Below, one piece after another: positions 50,206 through 60,608 of a stretch of DNA of 64,000 nt (positions within the stretch are counted from its first letter, which is position 1; each line of letters begins with the position of its first letter). The DNA lies in assembly GCA_964194935.1 (NCBI GenBank), contig CAXMOL010000067.1, positions 85 through 64,084 on the forward strand, read 5' to 3'. The translations under genes and the position numbers were made by a program. This stretch comes from an uncultured Kiloniellaceae bacterium (lineage in GTDB: Bacteria > Actinomycetota > Acidimicrobiia > Spongiisociales > UBA11373). The notes under the pieces are model-generated. The model was not told the origin of the DNA, ran no database searches, and saw nothing but the letters and a program-made list of their open reading frames with translations.

Positions 50206-51498
50206 GTGACCCCGACCGTGACTTCGACCTGGCGACCGACTCGGCTCTCGATCGCGTCGTGGGCGATCTACGACCTGGCAAACACCATCTTTGCGCTCGG
50301 CGTCGGATCCCTCTACTTCGCCGAGTGGCTCACCGACAACGTCGACGGACTTCCGTCATTCCTGCAGCGATTCGATGAACCGGCCGACTTGGCGCTGGCG
50401 TTGGCGCTGGACACCGCGATGGTGGTTGTAATCGTGCTCGGGCCGTGGATCGGCGCTCGAAGCGACCACCGTGGCAAGCGCGTCCCCTACCTACTCCCGA
50501 CCACGTTGTTGGCGGTCATTCCGACGTTCTTCATTGCCACCGTGGGTGTGACACCGTCGATCGGGCTGTTCATCATCGCCCTCATCGGGTTCAATCTCGG
50601 TTCGGTGGTGTATGACGCGATCCTCCCCGACGTGTCGACCCCCGAAAACGTCGGCGTCGTGTCGGGGATCGGAATCGGTGTCGGCTACATCGGCTCGTTC
50701 ATCGCGGTTCTGCTGGGCATCTTCCTGCTCGATGAATACGGCGAGCCGGCGGTGTTCAAGGCGATTGCAGTGCTGTTCCTCCTGTTTGCTATTCCCACGT
50801 TCCTGTTCGTAAAGGAGAGACCTCGTCAACGCGAGGACGGCCCTTCGCCTTCGCTTCGAGCCAGCTTGCGCAGCCTCGCTGAGGCTTGGAGAAAGGCGCG
50901 TGGCTACGAAGGCGTCGCCCGGTTCCTGGTGGGGCGGTTCCTGTATACCGACGCGGTAAACACCCTCATCGGGGGTTTTCTCACCATCTATGTCATCGAG
51001 GAGCTCGGGTTCAGCGACTCCCAGGTTCAGGGGCTATTGGGAGTGGCGATCGTTGGAGCCATCATCGGGGGTATCGGTGGCGGTCGGTTGGTGGACCGCA
51101 AGGGACCGCGCTGGACCCTGCACCGGGTCTTGTGGGCGTGGATGCTCGCGATGGGACTCGGCATCGCAGCCGGGGTGGCCGAATTGAGTTGGCTCGCCTG
51201 GGTGCTCGGAGTGTTGGGCGGCCTGGCATTGGGCGCTACCTGGGCGGCGGACCGGGTCTATATGCAACGGATTTCGCCGCCGAGATACCTTGGTGAGTTC
51301 TACGGGCTGTACGCCACGGTGGGGCGATTCGCGACCATTCTCGGCCCGCTGATGTGGGGAGTGATCGTGACCATCATCGGCCTGCCACGCGAGGTGGCGA
51401 TGGGGGCCCTGCTCGGGTTCATCGTGCTCTCTCGGTACGTGCTCGAAGGGGTCGATGACCGCCCCCGCGACTGGAGCCACGCCGACCTGAGTCGTTAG
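50206..51498 (+). CDS. MFS transporter (UMF1/Atg22-like)
   Basis: 430 aa with about 12 hydrophobic segments and an N-terminal SWAIYDLANTIF motif typical of the UMF1 family. Confidence 0.7.
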   Translation: MTPTVTSTWRPTRLSIASWAIYDLANTIFALGVGSLYFAEWLTDNVDGLPSFLQRFDEPADLALALALDTAMVVVIVLGPWIGARSDHRGKRVPYLLPTTLLAVIPTFFIATVGVTPSIGLFIIALIGFNLGSVVYDAILPDVSTPENVGVVSGIGIGVGYIGSFIAVLLGIFLLDEYGEPAVFKAIAVLFLLFAIPTFLFVKERPRQREDGPSPSLRASLRSLAEAWRKARGYEGVARFLVGRFLYTDAVNTLIGGFLTIYVIEELGFSDSQVQGLLGVAIVGAIIGGIGGGRLVDRKGPRWTLHRVLWAWMLAMGLGIAAGVAELSWLAWVLGVLGGLALGATWAADRVYMQRISPPRYLGEFYGLYATVGRFATILGPLMWGVIVTIIGLPREVAMGALLGFIVLSRYVLEGVDDRPRDWSHADLSR

Positions 51499-51587
51499 AG
51501 GCCCCTGTCAGGTCTCGCACCTTGGTTCCGTCGGGATTCGTCGACCGTCGATTAGCGTGCGTGGTACCTCGTTGAGGAGAGGTGACG

Positions 51588-52829
51588 ATGAGACAAATCA
51601 TCGGGCGGCAGGCAGTGTCTGCTGTATCGCTCGCCGTGCTGCTTGCCGCTTGCGGAGGCGTCGCAGCTCCCGTAACGACGGCTTTAGACCCTGATGTGAC
51701 GACCGTGTCGACCGAGGCCGTGGTCGACGAGACCACGTCCTCGACCTCGACCTCGACCTCCACCTCCACGACCCTGCCGCCGGTTGGCCCTCCGCTTGCG
51801 GTCCAGGGCGATACCAACGAGACGGTCGAGGCTTTCCAGTATCTGCTCAACTGCAACGGCCACGGAGACCTCACCGTGGATGGGGCTTTTGGTCCGGCGA
51901 CTCTCGCTGCCGTCGAAGCCGCTCAAACGAGTCTGGGGCGAACGGTCAACGGAGCACCCGATGCCGAACTGATGGCGGACCTGTCGCGTTCCTGTTCAGT
52001 AAACCGCCGCCTGTCGGGCGACGGTGATGGTGTGATCACCGTCGTAGGCAATGCCGCACCGGACGACCCCGAGGTGTTCTCGGTGGCCCTGCTGGCGGAC
52101 AGCACGCTGGGTGTGACGGTGACTCTTGGGTTGGGCCATCTGGTGACGATCCGTGGTGCGGATGGCTCCGTGATCCCACCGACCAGCGAGACGATCTGGG
52201 AAGTCGCCAGCACCCAGGACTACCTCATCGAGGTCACTTCGCCCTCCGGGCCAGTGATGTTTGCGCTCGCCGTCGACGTGACCGCGGGCGTCCAACAGAC
52301 CGGCGACTGGATACTTGCCACCGACAGCATCACATACCGGGGCACCAAGTTGTCGCTGGGAGACGACGCCCAGACCGTGATCGATGCGGTTATTGGGTTC
52401 TTGGGCCACGGCATTAGAGGCTCGTACCTGGAGTTCGATACCGATTGGTACTCGATCACCGATCCGCAAGATTTGGGACTCCGCGGGGTCTTTATCGAGG
52501 GATTTGCGCTGCTCTTCTTCGGTCCCGATCCCGTTCACCCTGCCGAGCCCGAGACGTTCGAACGGTGGCGGTTCGAGGGTCCGTCCGATGATGGTGCCGG
52601 GGTGGCTCGACCCGATGACTACGCGACGACGAGCGAAGGCATCACCGTCGGGGACACCCTGGTGGACTTGATGGCTGCCTATGGAAGCGACGTAGACGCG
52701 GGCAGCAACAGCGATGAGCATTACTACCGGTTCTCCAACTCGGGCGGGGAGATGTGCTTCTACTTCGGCGCATCTGCACCATCGAACTCGTCAGCCATCA
52801 TCGAGATCGCGTCCGAGTGCCGCCCATGA
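51588..52829 (+). CDS. lipoprotein with peptidoglycan-binding domain (PG_binding_1)
   Basis: Lipobox LLAACGG, a Ser/Thr linker, then VEAFQYLLNCNGHGDLTVDGAFGPATLAAVEAAQ. GAGGAG Shine-Dalgarno 8 nt upstream of the ATG at 51588. Confidence 0.7.
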   Translation: MRQIIGRQAVSAVSLAVLLAACGGVAAPVTTALDPDVTTVSTEAVVDETTSSTSTSTSTSTTLPPVGPPLAVQGDTNETVEAFQYLLNCNGHGDLTVDGAFGPATLAAVEAAQTSLGRTVNGAPDAELMADLSRSCSVNRRLSGDGDGVITVVGNAAPDDPEVFSVALLADSTLGVTVTLGLGHLVTIRGADGSVIPPTSETIWEVASTQDYLIEVTSPSGPVMFALAVDVTAGVQQTGDWILATDSITYRGTKLSLGDDAQTVIDAVIGFLGHGIRGSYLEFDTDWYSITDPQDLGLRGVFIEGFALLFFGPDPVHPAEPETFERWRFEGPSDDGAGVARPDDYATTSEGITVGDTLVDLMAAYGSDVDAGSNSDEHYYRFSNSGGEMCFYFGASAPSNSSAIIEIASECRP

Positions 52830-52847
52830 CCGACGCTCGACGGCGCC

Positions 52848-54047
52848 CTACTTCCTGACGAACTGAGCCACGGTCTCGATGTGGAAGGTCTGGGGGAACA
52901 GATCCACCGGCGTGGCTAGTTCGAGTTGGTACCCGGCGTCGTCCAAGTGGCGCGCATCCCTCGCCAGAGACGCGGGATCACAAGACACGTAGGCGATCGA
53001 GCGGGGTTTTCCCGCGGTTACTGCCGCCACTCCGGCGGCGCGTAGTCCCTCGCGAGGAGGGTCTACAACGGCGGTATCCCAGCGTTCGCCGATGGCTGCA
53101 TCCTCGACCGCACCCTTTACCAACCGGTGGTCGATGTCGGCTTGCGCCAGGTTGTGGCGCAGATCGAAGACAGCGAGCCCGTTCGACTCCACGGCGATCA
53201 CCGCGGATGCTCTTCTTCCAACCGTTACGGAGAAGAGCCCTCCGCCCGCATAGGCATCGAGCAGCGTCTCGCCCGACTGCGGCTCTAGGGCCGCGGCGAC
53301 GAGAGCCACGAGAGTCTCTGCTCCTGCGATGTTGCTCTGGAAGAAGGCGTCGCCGGTGATCCGCAGCTCGGCGCCGGCGACCGTCTCGCTGATATCTCCG
53401 CTGCCGATCGCGGCATGGACCCCGCTGCGATCCCGTCGGGAGACTCCGCAACCCCAGGCCTCGGCACCATCAGGGACGGGGCCTCTGATGACTGCTAGTA
53501 CCGAGCCGGTCGTCGTCGACATACGCAGAGTGACGGCACGTGCTTCGCCCAGATCGGTGAGGCTGTCGTACACACGAGCCAAAACGGGATCGAGCAGCAG
53601 ACACTCGGAGATGGGCACGAGGGTGTGGCTTCGACGCTCCGTAAGCGCCGGGGCTCCATCGAGCACCGAGAAGTCCATTCGGTTCCGGTAGCCATATTCG
53701 GGCCCAGGTGCGACGGCGGGCGCTATCGGCGGGTCGTCGAGTCCACCGAGATGGGCGAGTTGGCTGGCCACGATCGACTGCTTCCATTCCAGTTGAGTGG
53801 GGTAATCGGCAAACTGCCATTGACAGCCGCCGCACCGGGCAAAATGGGGGCACGGGGGAGCGACCCGAAGAGGCGAAGGCTGAAGCACTTCCTGCAGCGT
53901 CACCCGGGCCCATGCTCCCTTGTCCTGCACCACATCGCCGCGCACGAGTTCTCCCGGCATCGCCCCATCGACGAAGTGGGCTTTGCCGTCGATGCGTCCG
54001 ATGGCGGCGCCACCGTGGGCCATGTCGGAGGGAGTGAATTCGATCAT
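52848..54047 (-). CDS. 23S rRNA/tRNA (uracil-5-)-methyltransferase, RumA/TrmA family
   Basis: N-terminal TRAM-like region, Fe-S cysteines (CPHFARCGGCQWQ), SAM motif LDAYAGGGLF and the catalytic YVSCDP. Confidence 0.8.
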   Translation of the reverse strand: MIEFTPSDMAHGGAAIGRIDGKAHFVDGAMPGELVRGDVVQDKGAWARVTLQEVLQPSPLRVAPPCPHFARCGGCQWQFADYPTQLEWKQSIVASQLAHLGGLDDPPIAPAVAPGPEYGYRNRMDFSVLDGAPALTERRSHTLVPISECLLLDPVLARVYDSLTDLGEARAVTLRMSTTTGSVLAVIRGPVPDGAEAWGCGVSRRDRSGVHAAIGSGDISETVAGAELRITGDAFFQSNIAGAETLVALVAAALEPQSGETLLDAYAGGGLFSVTVGRRASAVIAVESNGLAVFDLRHNLAQADIDHRLVKGAVEDAAIGERWDTAVVDPPREGLRAAGVAAVTAGKPRSIAYVSCDPASLARDARHLDDAGYQLELATPVDLFPQTFHIETVAQFVRK

Positions 54048-54249
54048 CAGACCAGCGTATGCGGCCCACCCATTTCTGTCGCATCGGCGATCAGCGGTTT
54101 CGTATCTGTACACCATGTCGCACGGGCATTGCACGAACGGGCCGTGTGGTGGTTCGAATCATTGACGGGCGACCCAATGCGGTACCTGCCGGGACGAACA
54201 GAGATGGGTGACAGGGTTAGCCGATCACATATGCCAACCCGGGGCCCGG

Positions 54250-55938
54250 CTATTGGTGTTCTTCAATCACCTCGAGAAAAGCCTTCCCATACCTCTCCAG
54301 CTTTACCGGTCCCACACCCGGCACCGCCAGCAGTCCCGCCGCGGTGGTCGGGCGGAGTTCTGTCATCGCCAGCAGCGTGGCGTCGCTGAACACGACGTAT
54401 GCGGGTACCGAACGTTCGTCGGCGATGCCGCGACGAAGCGCCTTAAGAGTTTCGAACAGTGGCGTGTCCCGCAGATCGTCACCCGAGTCGGATGCTGATT
54501 GACCGCTCCGCCGCCCCGGACTCCCAACCTGGCTGACTGTTCCGGCAAGGATGTCTTCGCCGGTGCATATGTGGCACGATTCGCCGCAGTCGTCGATTTT
54601 CTCGCCGAAATATGCGGCCACGGTGCGGTGTCGACACGCTGAGCGATCGGCCCAATCAAACATCACTCTCGTTTGATGACGATGCCGAGCCTCGGTCTCT
54701 TCGCGGGCCGTCATCCGCTCCATGCTGATCACGTCGGCCCAGGAGTAGAACAACACGCAGTCGCTTGTGACCCCGTCCCGGCCGGCGCGACCGATCTCCT
54801 GGTAGTAGCCCTCTACAGACTTGGGCATGTCGCGATGGATGACGTATCGGACGTTTGACTTGTCGATCCCCATCCCAAAGGCCACGGTGGCGCAGATCAC
54901 GTCTACGTCGTCACGGATGAAGGCGTCCTGCACCGCAGTGCGTTCTTCTGCCTGCATACCCGCGTGGTACGCCATCGCCCTGATTCCCAGGTCGCGTAGG
55001 TACTTCGCAGTCGATTCGGCTGATGCCCGTGACAGCGTGTAGACGATTCCGCTCTCACCTTGTCGCGCCAGGCAAAGGCGTCCGATCGACTCCCGCACCT
55101 GAATCCGACGCCCGTTGTGCTCGCCCTTCTTGAGGACGTGAATCTTGAGGTTGGGCCGGAAGAACGAACCCCGGAACCGAACTGCGTCCGATAGACCCAG
55201 TTGGGCTTCGATGTCATCGGTCACTTCCGCTGTAGCGGTGGCCGTGAGCGCCAGCACCGGTACCCCGAAGCGAGCCTTCAGGCCACGAAGATTGCGGTAC
55301 GCGGGACGAAAGTCGTGGCCCCATTGGCTGATGCAGTGCGCTTCGTCGACGGCGATCAAGCGAAGGTCAACGCCTTCGAGCGCCGACCCGACGCTGGCCT
55401 CCAGCCCTTCGGGCGCGGCGTAAACGAGTTCGTACCCACCCTGTCGCATCCGGGTGATCCGCTCATTGCGTTCTGTGGGGTCCAGACTCGAATTGAGAAA
55501 CGTTGCTCGCATTCCGATCTCGCTCAGGCCGTCCACCTGATCTTTCATAAGCGCGATGAGCGGTGACACGACGAGCGTCGTACCTCCCAGAATCTTGGCT
55601 GTCAGTTGGTAGGTGAGCGATTTGCCAGCACCGGTGGGCATGATTCCTACGCAGTCCTGACCCGAGACGATCGCATCGATGATCTCGCGTTGCCCCGGCC
55701 GGAACGATGGGAACCCGAATACTCCTTGGAGAACTCCATCGACTGCTTCGAGCCGGGCGGCGACTATCTCGACGGCGAGCTCACGCAGTGCCGCCACGTC
55801 GGAGCCGACAAACCGTTCTGGTTCGCGGCGCCATGCGCGGCGCAGACCGTCGAGCATGCCACCGGCCAGGGCTGTATCGCCGGCGGCGATAAGGGACCGA
55901 AGCTGCTCGATCCCACTCGACACGGCGATCTCGGGCAT
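54250..55938 (-). CDS. recQ: ATP-dependent DNA helicase RecQ
   Basis: [23 protein letters not shown], Zn-binding cysteines (CRH...CGESCHIC) and a C-terminal HRDC domain. Confidence 0.9.
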   Translation of the reverse strand: MPEIAVSSGIEQLRSLIAAGDTALAGGMLDGLRRAWRREPERFVGSDVAALRELAVEIVAARLEAVDGVLQGVFGFPSFRPGQREIIDAIVSGQDCVGIMPTGAGKSLTYQLTAKILGGTTLVVSPLIALMKDQVDGLSEIGMRATFLNSSLDPTERNERITRMRQGGYELVYAAPEGLEASVGSALEGVDLRLIAVDEAHCISQWGHDFRPAYRNLRGLKARFGVPVLALTATATAEVTDDIEAQLGLSDAVRFRGSFFRPNLKIHVLKKGEHNGRRIQVRESIGRLCLARQGESGIVYTLSRASAESTAKYLRDLGIRAMAYHAGMQAEERTAVQDAFIRDDVDVICATVAFGMGIDKSNVRYVIHRDMPKSVEGYYQEIGRAGRDGVTSDCVLFYSWADVISMERMTAREETEARHRHQTRVMFDWADRSACRHRTVAAYFGEKIDDCGESCHICTGEDILAGTVSQVGSPGRRSGQSASDSGDDLRDTPLFETLKALRRGIADERSVPAYVVFSDATLLAMTELRPTTAAGLLAVPGVGPVKLERYGKAFLEVIEEHQ

Positions 55939-56047
55939 GCCGGGACGGTAGTGGGGCAGTCCGACAGTATTCGGGCATCGTCAAGGGTGTGTGCCTGGAG
56001 ACCACTACCGAAGGCACCCGGCGGGGTGATCAGGCAGGACGCCGACC

Positions 56048-56515
56048 TCAGACGTAGGAGAGGGTCGTCTCGATTTCTATCTGTGGCGAGATGCTCCTCG
56101 CCACCGGACACCACTCGGCGTGACGCGAGTGAACTCGCTCGACCGTTTCCTTCTGATCCTCTTCTACTCCCGAGAGGCGATAGGCCACCGAGATCTTGCG
56201 GACGATGAGCACTTTGCCGTCGAGATGGACTTCACCGACCGTCTCCGAGACGAGTGGCCCGTCCGTTGCATTGATACCGCGCGCCTCCAGCGCGCCCCGA
56301 AGGGTCCCGGTCAGTCACCCGGCCGCCGCCGCGATCAAATAGTCGATCGTGGTCGTGGTCGGGGGATAGGCGTCTTCATCGATCCCGTAGTGCTCGGCGA
56401 TCTCGGCGTGGACTCCGAATGTGATCGGACCCTCGTGGCCCGGTAGGTAAGCCCGACGCATCGGACCGCCATACGGTTCGACTCTCACATGGGACAAGTA
56501 GACAGGCTCGCTCAT
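56048..56515 (-). CDS. OsmC/Ohr-family peroxiredoxin-like protein interrupted by an in-frame TGA at the catalytic Cys position (candidate selenocysteine, or pseudogene)
   Basis: The N-terminal 66 codons end ...TTIDYLIAAAAG-TGA. The same frame continues LTGTLRGALEARG...HAEWCPVARS... for 88 more codons to the TGA at 56048. Two-Cys spacing (position 67 and Cys136) matches the OsmC/Ohr layout. Confidence 0.6.
56279..56295 (-). promoter_or_regulatory. hairpin GCGCGC-UGGAG-GCGCGC, 19 nt downstream of the in-frame UGA (SECIS-like candidate)
   Basis: Read directly from the minus strand. 6-bp G/C stem with a 5-nt apical loop containing GG. The loop begins 25 nt after the UGA. Confidence 0.4.
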
Positions 56516-56601
56516 GGCACCTCCTACCGCCGCAGGCTATCGAGGGCTCGGGAGCAATGTAGAGACGCGATACTGGCCGTAGCATCACGACTAGGAGCCC
56601 C

Positions 56602-58149
56602 ATGTTCGAGCCCTATCGCCCCGAGCCGTATTCGGACTTCGCCGTCCCCGCCAACAAGGCCGCCTACGAATTGGCCCTTGCGGGGGTCTCCGAGCGCTTT
56701 GGCGCCTCCTACCCGCTGACCATCAATGGCGAGACGGTCGAGACTGGCAACTCCATCGAGAGCCTCAATCCATCGAAGCCGGATGAGGTGATCGGAGTAT
56801 CGGCTTCGGCCGGAATCGAGGAGGCAGAAAAGGCGCTGGAGGCGGCGTGGGGAGCGTTCGGGGGTTGGTCGGCACAAACGGCTGAGTTCCGTGCCCGGAT
56901 CGGGATGCGTCTCGCAGCCATCATGCGATCCCAGAAGTACGAGCTCGCTGCAATCCAAACGTTCGAAGCGGGCAAGAACTGGACAGAGGCCGAAGCCGAC
57001 GTTGCCGAAGCGATCGACTTCGTCGATTACTACGCCCGTCAGGCGATCCGTCTCGCTCAACCTGTCGAGGTGACGTACTGGCCGGGCGAGGAGAACGAGT
57101 CGCTTCTTGTCCCGATCGGTGCGGGTGTGGCGATCCCCCCATGGAATTTCCCACTGGCGATCCTCGTCGGTATGGCGATCGGACCCGTGCTTGCCGGAAA
57201 CACAGTGGTTCTGAAGCCGGCCTCCAACACTCCAGTGATCGGAGCGCGCTGGATGGAAATGGTTGCAGAAGCCGGGATGCCTGCCGGAGTCATCAACTAT
57301 CTACCCGGACCGGGCTCTGAAATAGGCGACTACCTGGTGGATCATCCCCGAACCCGATTTGTGAACTTCACCGGCTCCAAGGAGGTGGGGCTACGCATCG
57401 CCGAGCGTTCCGCCGTGGTCCATGACGGACAGAAGTGGATGAAGAGGGCGTTCATGGAGATGGGCGGCAAGGACGCGTTGATCATCGACGAGACCGCCGA
57501 TCTGGATAGCGCGGTGGCAGACGCCGTCGGAAGCGCCTTCGGGTTCCAGGGCCAAAAATGCTCGGCCATGTCGCGGCTGATCCTCGTGGATGATGTCTAC
57601 GACAGGGTTCTCGACGGTGTGGTCGCGGGAGCTGCGGCGTTAAAGGTGGGACCCGCGGTCGAGAACCATCCGGTGGGGCCGGTCATTTCGGCGGCGCAGC
57701 ATCGGTCGATCATGGATGAAATCGCCAAGGGCCGCGAAGAAGCCGACCTGGTGGTCGGTGGAGAGGCCATCGATGGCGGGTATTACATCCAGCCGACGGT
57801 CTTCGCCGGCGTAGCTCGTGATGCTCGGTTGGCCCAGCACGAGATATTCGGACCGGTGCTGTCGGTCATAAAAGCGACGGACTTCGACGATGCCCTCGAA
57901 ATTGCCAATGGAACTGAATTTGGCCTCACCGGTGGCGTGTACTCGACGGATCGCAGCCGTATCGAGCGGGCCCGGCGTGAGTTCCACGTTGGCAATCTCT
58001 ACATCAATCGCAAGATCACCGGCGCTCTTGTCGGTATTCAGCCCTTTGGTGGATTCAATATGTCGGGCTCCAACGCAAAAGCCGGTGGGCCCGACTATCT
58101 GCGCTTGTTCATGGAGATGAAGACGGTTGCGGAGCGGCTGCCGAGCTGA
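56602..58149 (+). CDS. pruA: L-glutamate gamma-semialdehyde (1-pyrroline-5-carboxylate) dehydrogenase
   Basis: Aldehyde dehydrogenase with FMEMGGKDA and GFQGQKCSA (catalytic Cys). The N-terminus and 515-aa length are typical of the RocA/PruA type. Confidence 0.8.
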   Translation: MFEPYRPEPYSDFAVPANKAAYELALAGVSERFGASYPLTINGETVETGNSIESLNPSKPDEVIGVSASAGIEEAEKALEAAWGAFGGWSAQTAEFRARIGMRLAAIMRSQKYELAAIQTFEAGKNWTEAEADVAEAIDFVDYYARQAIRLAQPVEVTYWPGEENESLLVPIGAGVAIPPWNFPLAILVGMAIGPVLAGNTVVLKPASNTPVIGARWMEMVAEAGMPAGVINYLPGPGSEIGDYLVDHPRTRFVNFTGSKEVGLRIAERSAVVHDGQKWMKRAFMEMGGKDALIIDETADLDSAVADAVGSAFGFQGQKCSAMSRLILVDDVYDRVLDGVVAGAAALKVGPAVENHPVGPVISAAQHRSIMDEIAKGREEADLVVGGEAIDGGYYIQPTVFAGVARDARLAQHEIFGPVLSVIKATDFDDALEIANGTEFGLTGGVYSTDRSRIERARREFHVGNLYINRKITGALVGIQPFGGFNMSGSNAKAGGPDYLRLFMEMKTVAERLPS

Positions 58150-58154
58150 GTCGG

Positions 58155-58181
58155 CCAACAGCAAGATGATGCTGCTGTTGG
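58155..58181 (+). terminator. stem-loop after pruA (CCAACAGCA-9 nt-TGCTGTTGG)
   Basis: 9-bp perfect stem starting 6 nt after the pruA stop. There is no U-tract, so its terminator function is uncertain. Confidence 0.4.
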
Positions 58182-58324
58182 GGCTGAATCCGCGCATTCG
58201 CCCAGCTAGGCGCGATGAGACTGCTAGAGTTCTTCTCGTATCAACTCGTGGGGTTTCCCCGTCTTCTTATTTGGAAACGGCGCTTCACGGTGAGATGTAG
58301 ACAGTTACGATTGGAAAAGGTGAG

Positions 58325-58570
58325 ATGAATCTTTACGTGGGGAACCTTCCCTTCAGCACGAACTCCGGCGACCTGGAGCAGTTGTTTGGCGAGCATGGCT
58401 CGGTGACCTCGGCACAGGTGATCATGGATCGAGAGACCGGCCGTTCCCGCGGCTTCGGGTTCGTAGAAATGGGCAGCGACGACGAGGGTCGCGCCGCCAT
58501 TCAGGCGCTTGATGGCACCGACAACGGTGGCCGCAACCTGAAGGTCAACGAGGCCAAGCCCCGCAACTAG
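58325..58570 (+). CDS. RRM-type RNA-binding protein
   Basis: 81 aa. RNP2 LYVGNL and RNP1 RGFGFVEM. Confidence 0.9.
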   Translation: MNLYVGNLPFSTNSGDLEQLFGEHGSVTSAQVIMDRETGRSRGFGFVEMGSDDEGRAAIQALDGTDNGGRNLKVNEAKPRN

Positions 58571-58588
58571 CGGGTCTTACTAGTAGTT

Positions 58589-58616
58589 GTGAAGGCGCCC
58601 TTCGGGGCGCCTTCAC
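58589..58616. terminator. bidirectional terminator hairpin (12-bp stem, TTCG loop)
   Basis: GTGAAGGCGCCC-TTCG-GGGCGCCTTCAC sits between the convergent rbp and hemolysin-III genes. Confidence 0.7.
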
Positions 58617-58646
58617 TGCGTTCGGATGTACTTCCGAGGTTGGGTG

Positions 58647-59318
58647 CTAAATACCGAACCTGAGGACGTAGCCGGAAATGGCTGCGAAATGGAGGCTTGC
58701 TGCGGCCACCACCAGGATGTGGAACACCTCGTGATACGAGAACGTCCGTGGCCATAGCCGAGGACGGTTGGTGACGAGAAGCACCATCCCAACCGTATAG
58801 AACAATCCGCCCAAGCCGATGAGGAGCAGTGCCGTCCACGGAAGGCGGTTGCTCAGTGGCCACAACAGCAGCATTGCCAGCCAACCTTGCGTTGTTTGTA
58901 GTGCAATCGACAGATTTGGGGACGGAGTGCGGCGCACCGTCTTCTCGAGTGCACCGATTGCCACGATGCCCCACTGGATCACCAGGGTGGCGACTCGAAT
59001 CCAGCCGTCGAGGACAATTGCGGCCAGAGGCGTAAAGGTGCCAGCGATAAGAACGTAGATCATGACGTGATCGAGGCGCTGCATCCGACGCTTGTGCGCC
59101 TCCCGCCACGGGACCGAGTGGTACAACGACGACACCGTAAAGAGACCCACCAGGCTCAGTCCGAACACCACGAATGAGAGCCGGCGCCAACCACCCCCGG
59201 GTGCGATAGCAAACAGAATGACGGCGCCGATCAGGGCGGCGACCGCAGCGGAGCCGTGAAGAAGTCCGCGAACCGGATTTGTCATCTTTCCCAAGCGGAC
59301 ACGTTCGTGTGGTTCCAC
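58647..59318 (-). CDS. hemolysin III / PAQR family membrane protein
   Basis: Seven hydrophobic segments. Motifs SSLYHS, HVMIYVLIAGTFTP and HEVFH. Confidence 0.8.
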   Translation of the reverse strand: MEPHERVRLGKMTNPVRGLLHGSAAVAALIGAVILFAIAPGGGWRRLSFVVFGLSLVGLFTVSSLYHSVPWREAHKRRMQRLDHVMIYVLIAGTFTPLAAIVLDGWIRVATLVIQWGIVAIGALEKTVRRTPSPNLSIALQTTQGWLAMLLLWPLSNRLPWTALLLIGLGGLFYTVGMVLLVTNRPRLWPRTFSYHEVFHILVVAAASLHFAAISGYVLRFGI

Positions 59319-59347
59319 CGGGGCACCGTACCCGCTTCGGCCCGATA

Positions 59348-60361
<1,014 letters not shown>

Positions 60362-60608
60362 CGTGCAAGGCTACCGGCCCGGCAACCATCAGAGCCATTC
60401 GGCCGTCCCCCGGCGGATAGACCGCCGCGGCTGCTTGCGCTTCGCCGCTCCCGTCACCGGCGCTTGGGACCTTCGACCCTGTCGGCTTGGGGCGTCGCTT
60501 GTGAGATTGGTCATGAGCCGGGAGGGATCGCTGATCGTCGAATGCCGATCCGGAACCCAATGAAGATGCAGGCCGGTGGTCGGGTGTCGACTACTTGGAG
60601 AGTCTGAG

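Noticed and set aside
51738-51770. Hexamer repeats (TCGACC)3(TCCACC)2 in the PG-binding lipoprotein, and the Thr/Pro-rich tract in the LCP gene (about 27180..27310).
   Set aside because: These are ordinary Ser/Thr/Pro linker-encoding low-complexity DNA between a membrane anchor and an extracytoplasmic domain. They are not independent elements.
54048-54249. A 200-nt gap between recQ and the RumA-family methyltransferase, checked for a small gene or structured RNA.
   Set aside because: There is no convincing ORF, hairpin or conserved-looking motif. The gap may simply reflect uncertainty in the methyltransferase start (an alternative start at 54134 would shorten it).
60362-60608. About 215-250 nt between divergent moaA and the PhnD-like gene. 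I looked for a Moco riboswitch, which commonly precedes moaA.
   Set aside because: I could not recognise the conserved Moco-motif core by eye and do not trust my memory of the consensus. The question is left open. It can be decided by cmsearch with Rfam RF01055: a hit above gathering threshold on the minus strand would support a riboswitch.
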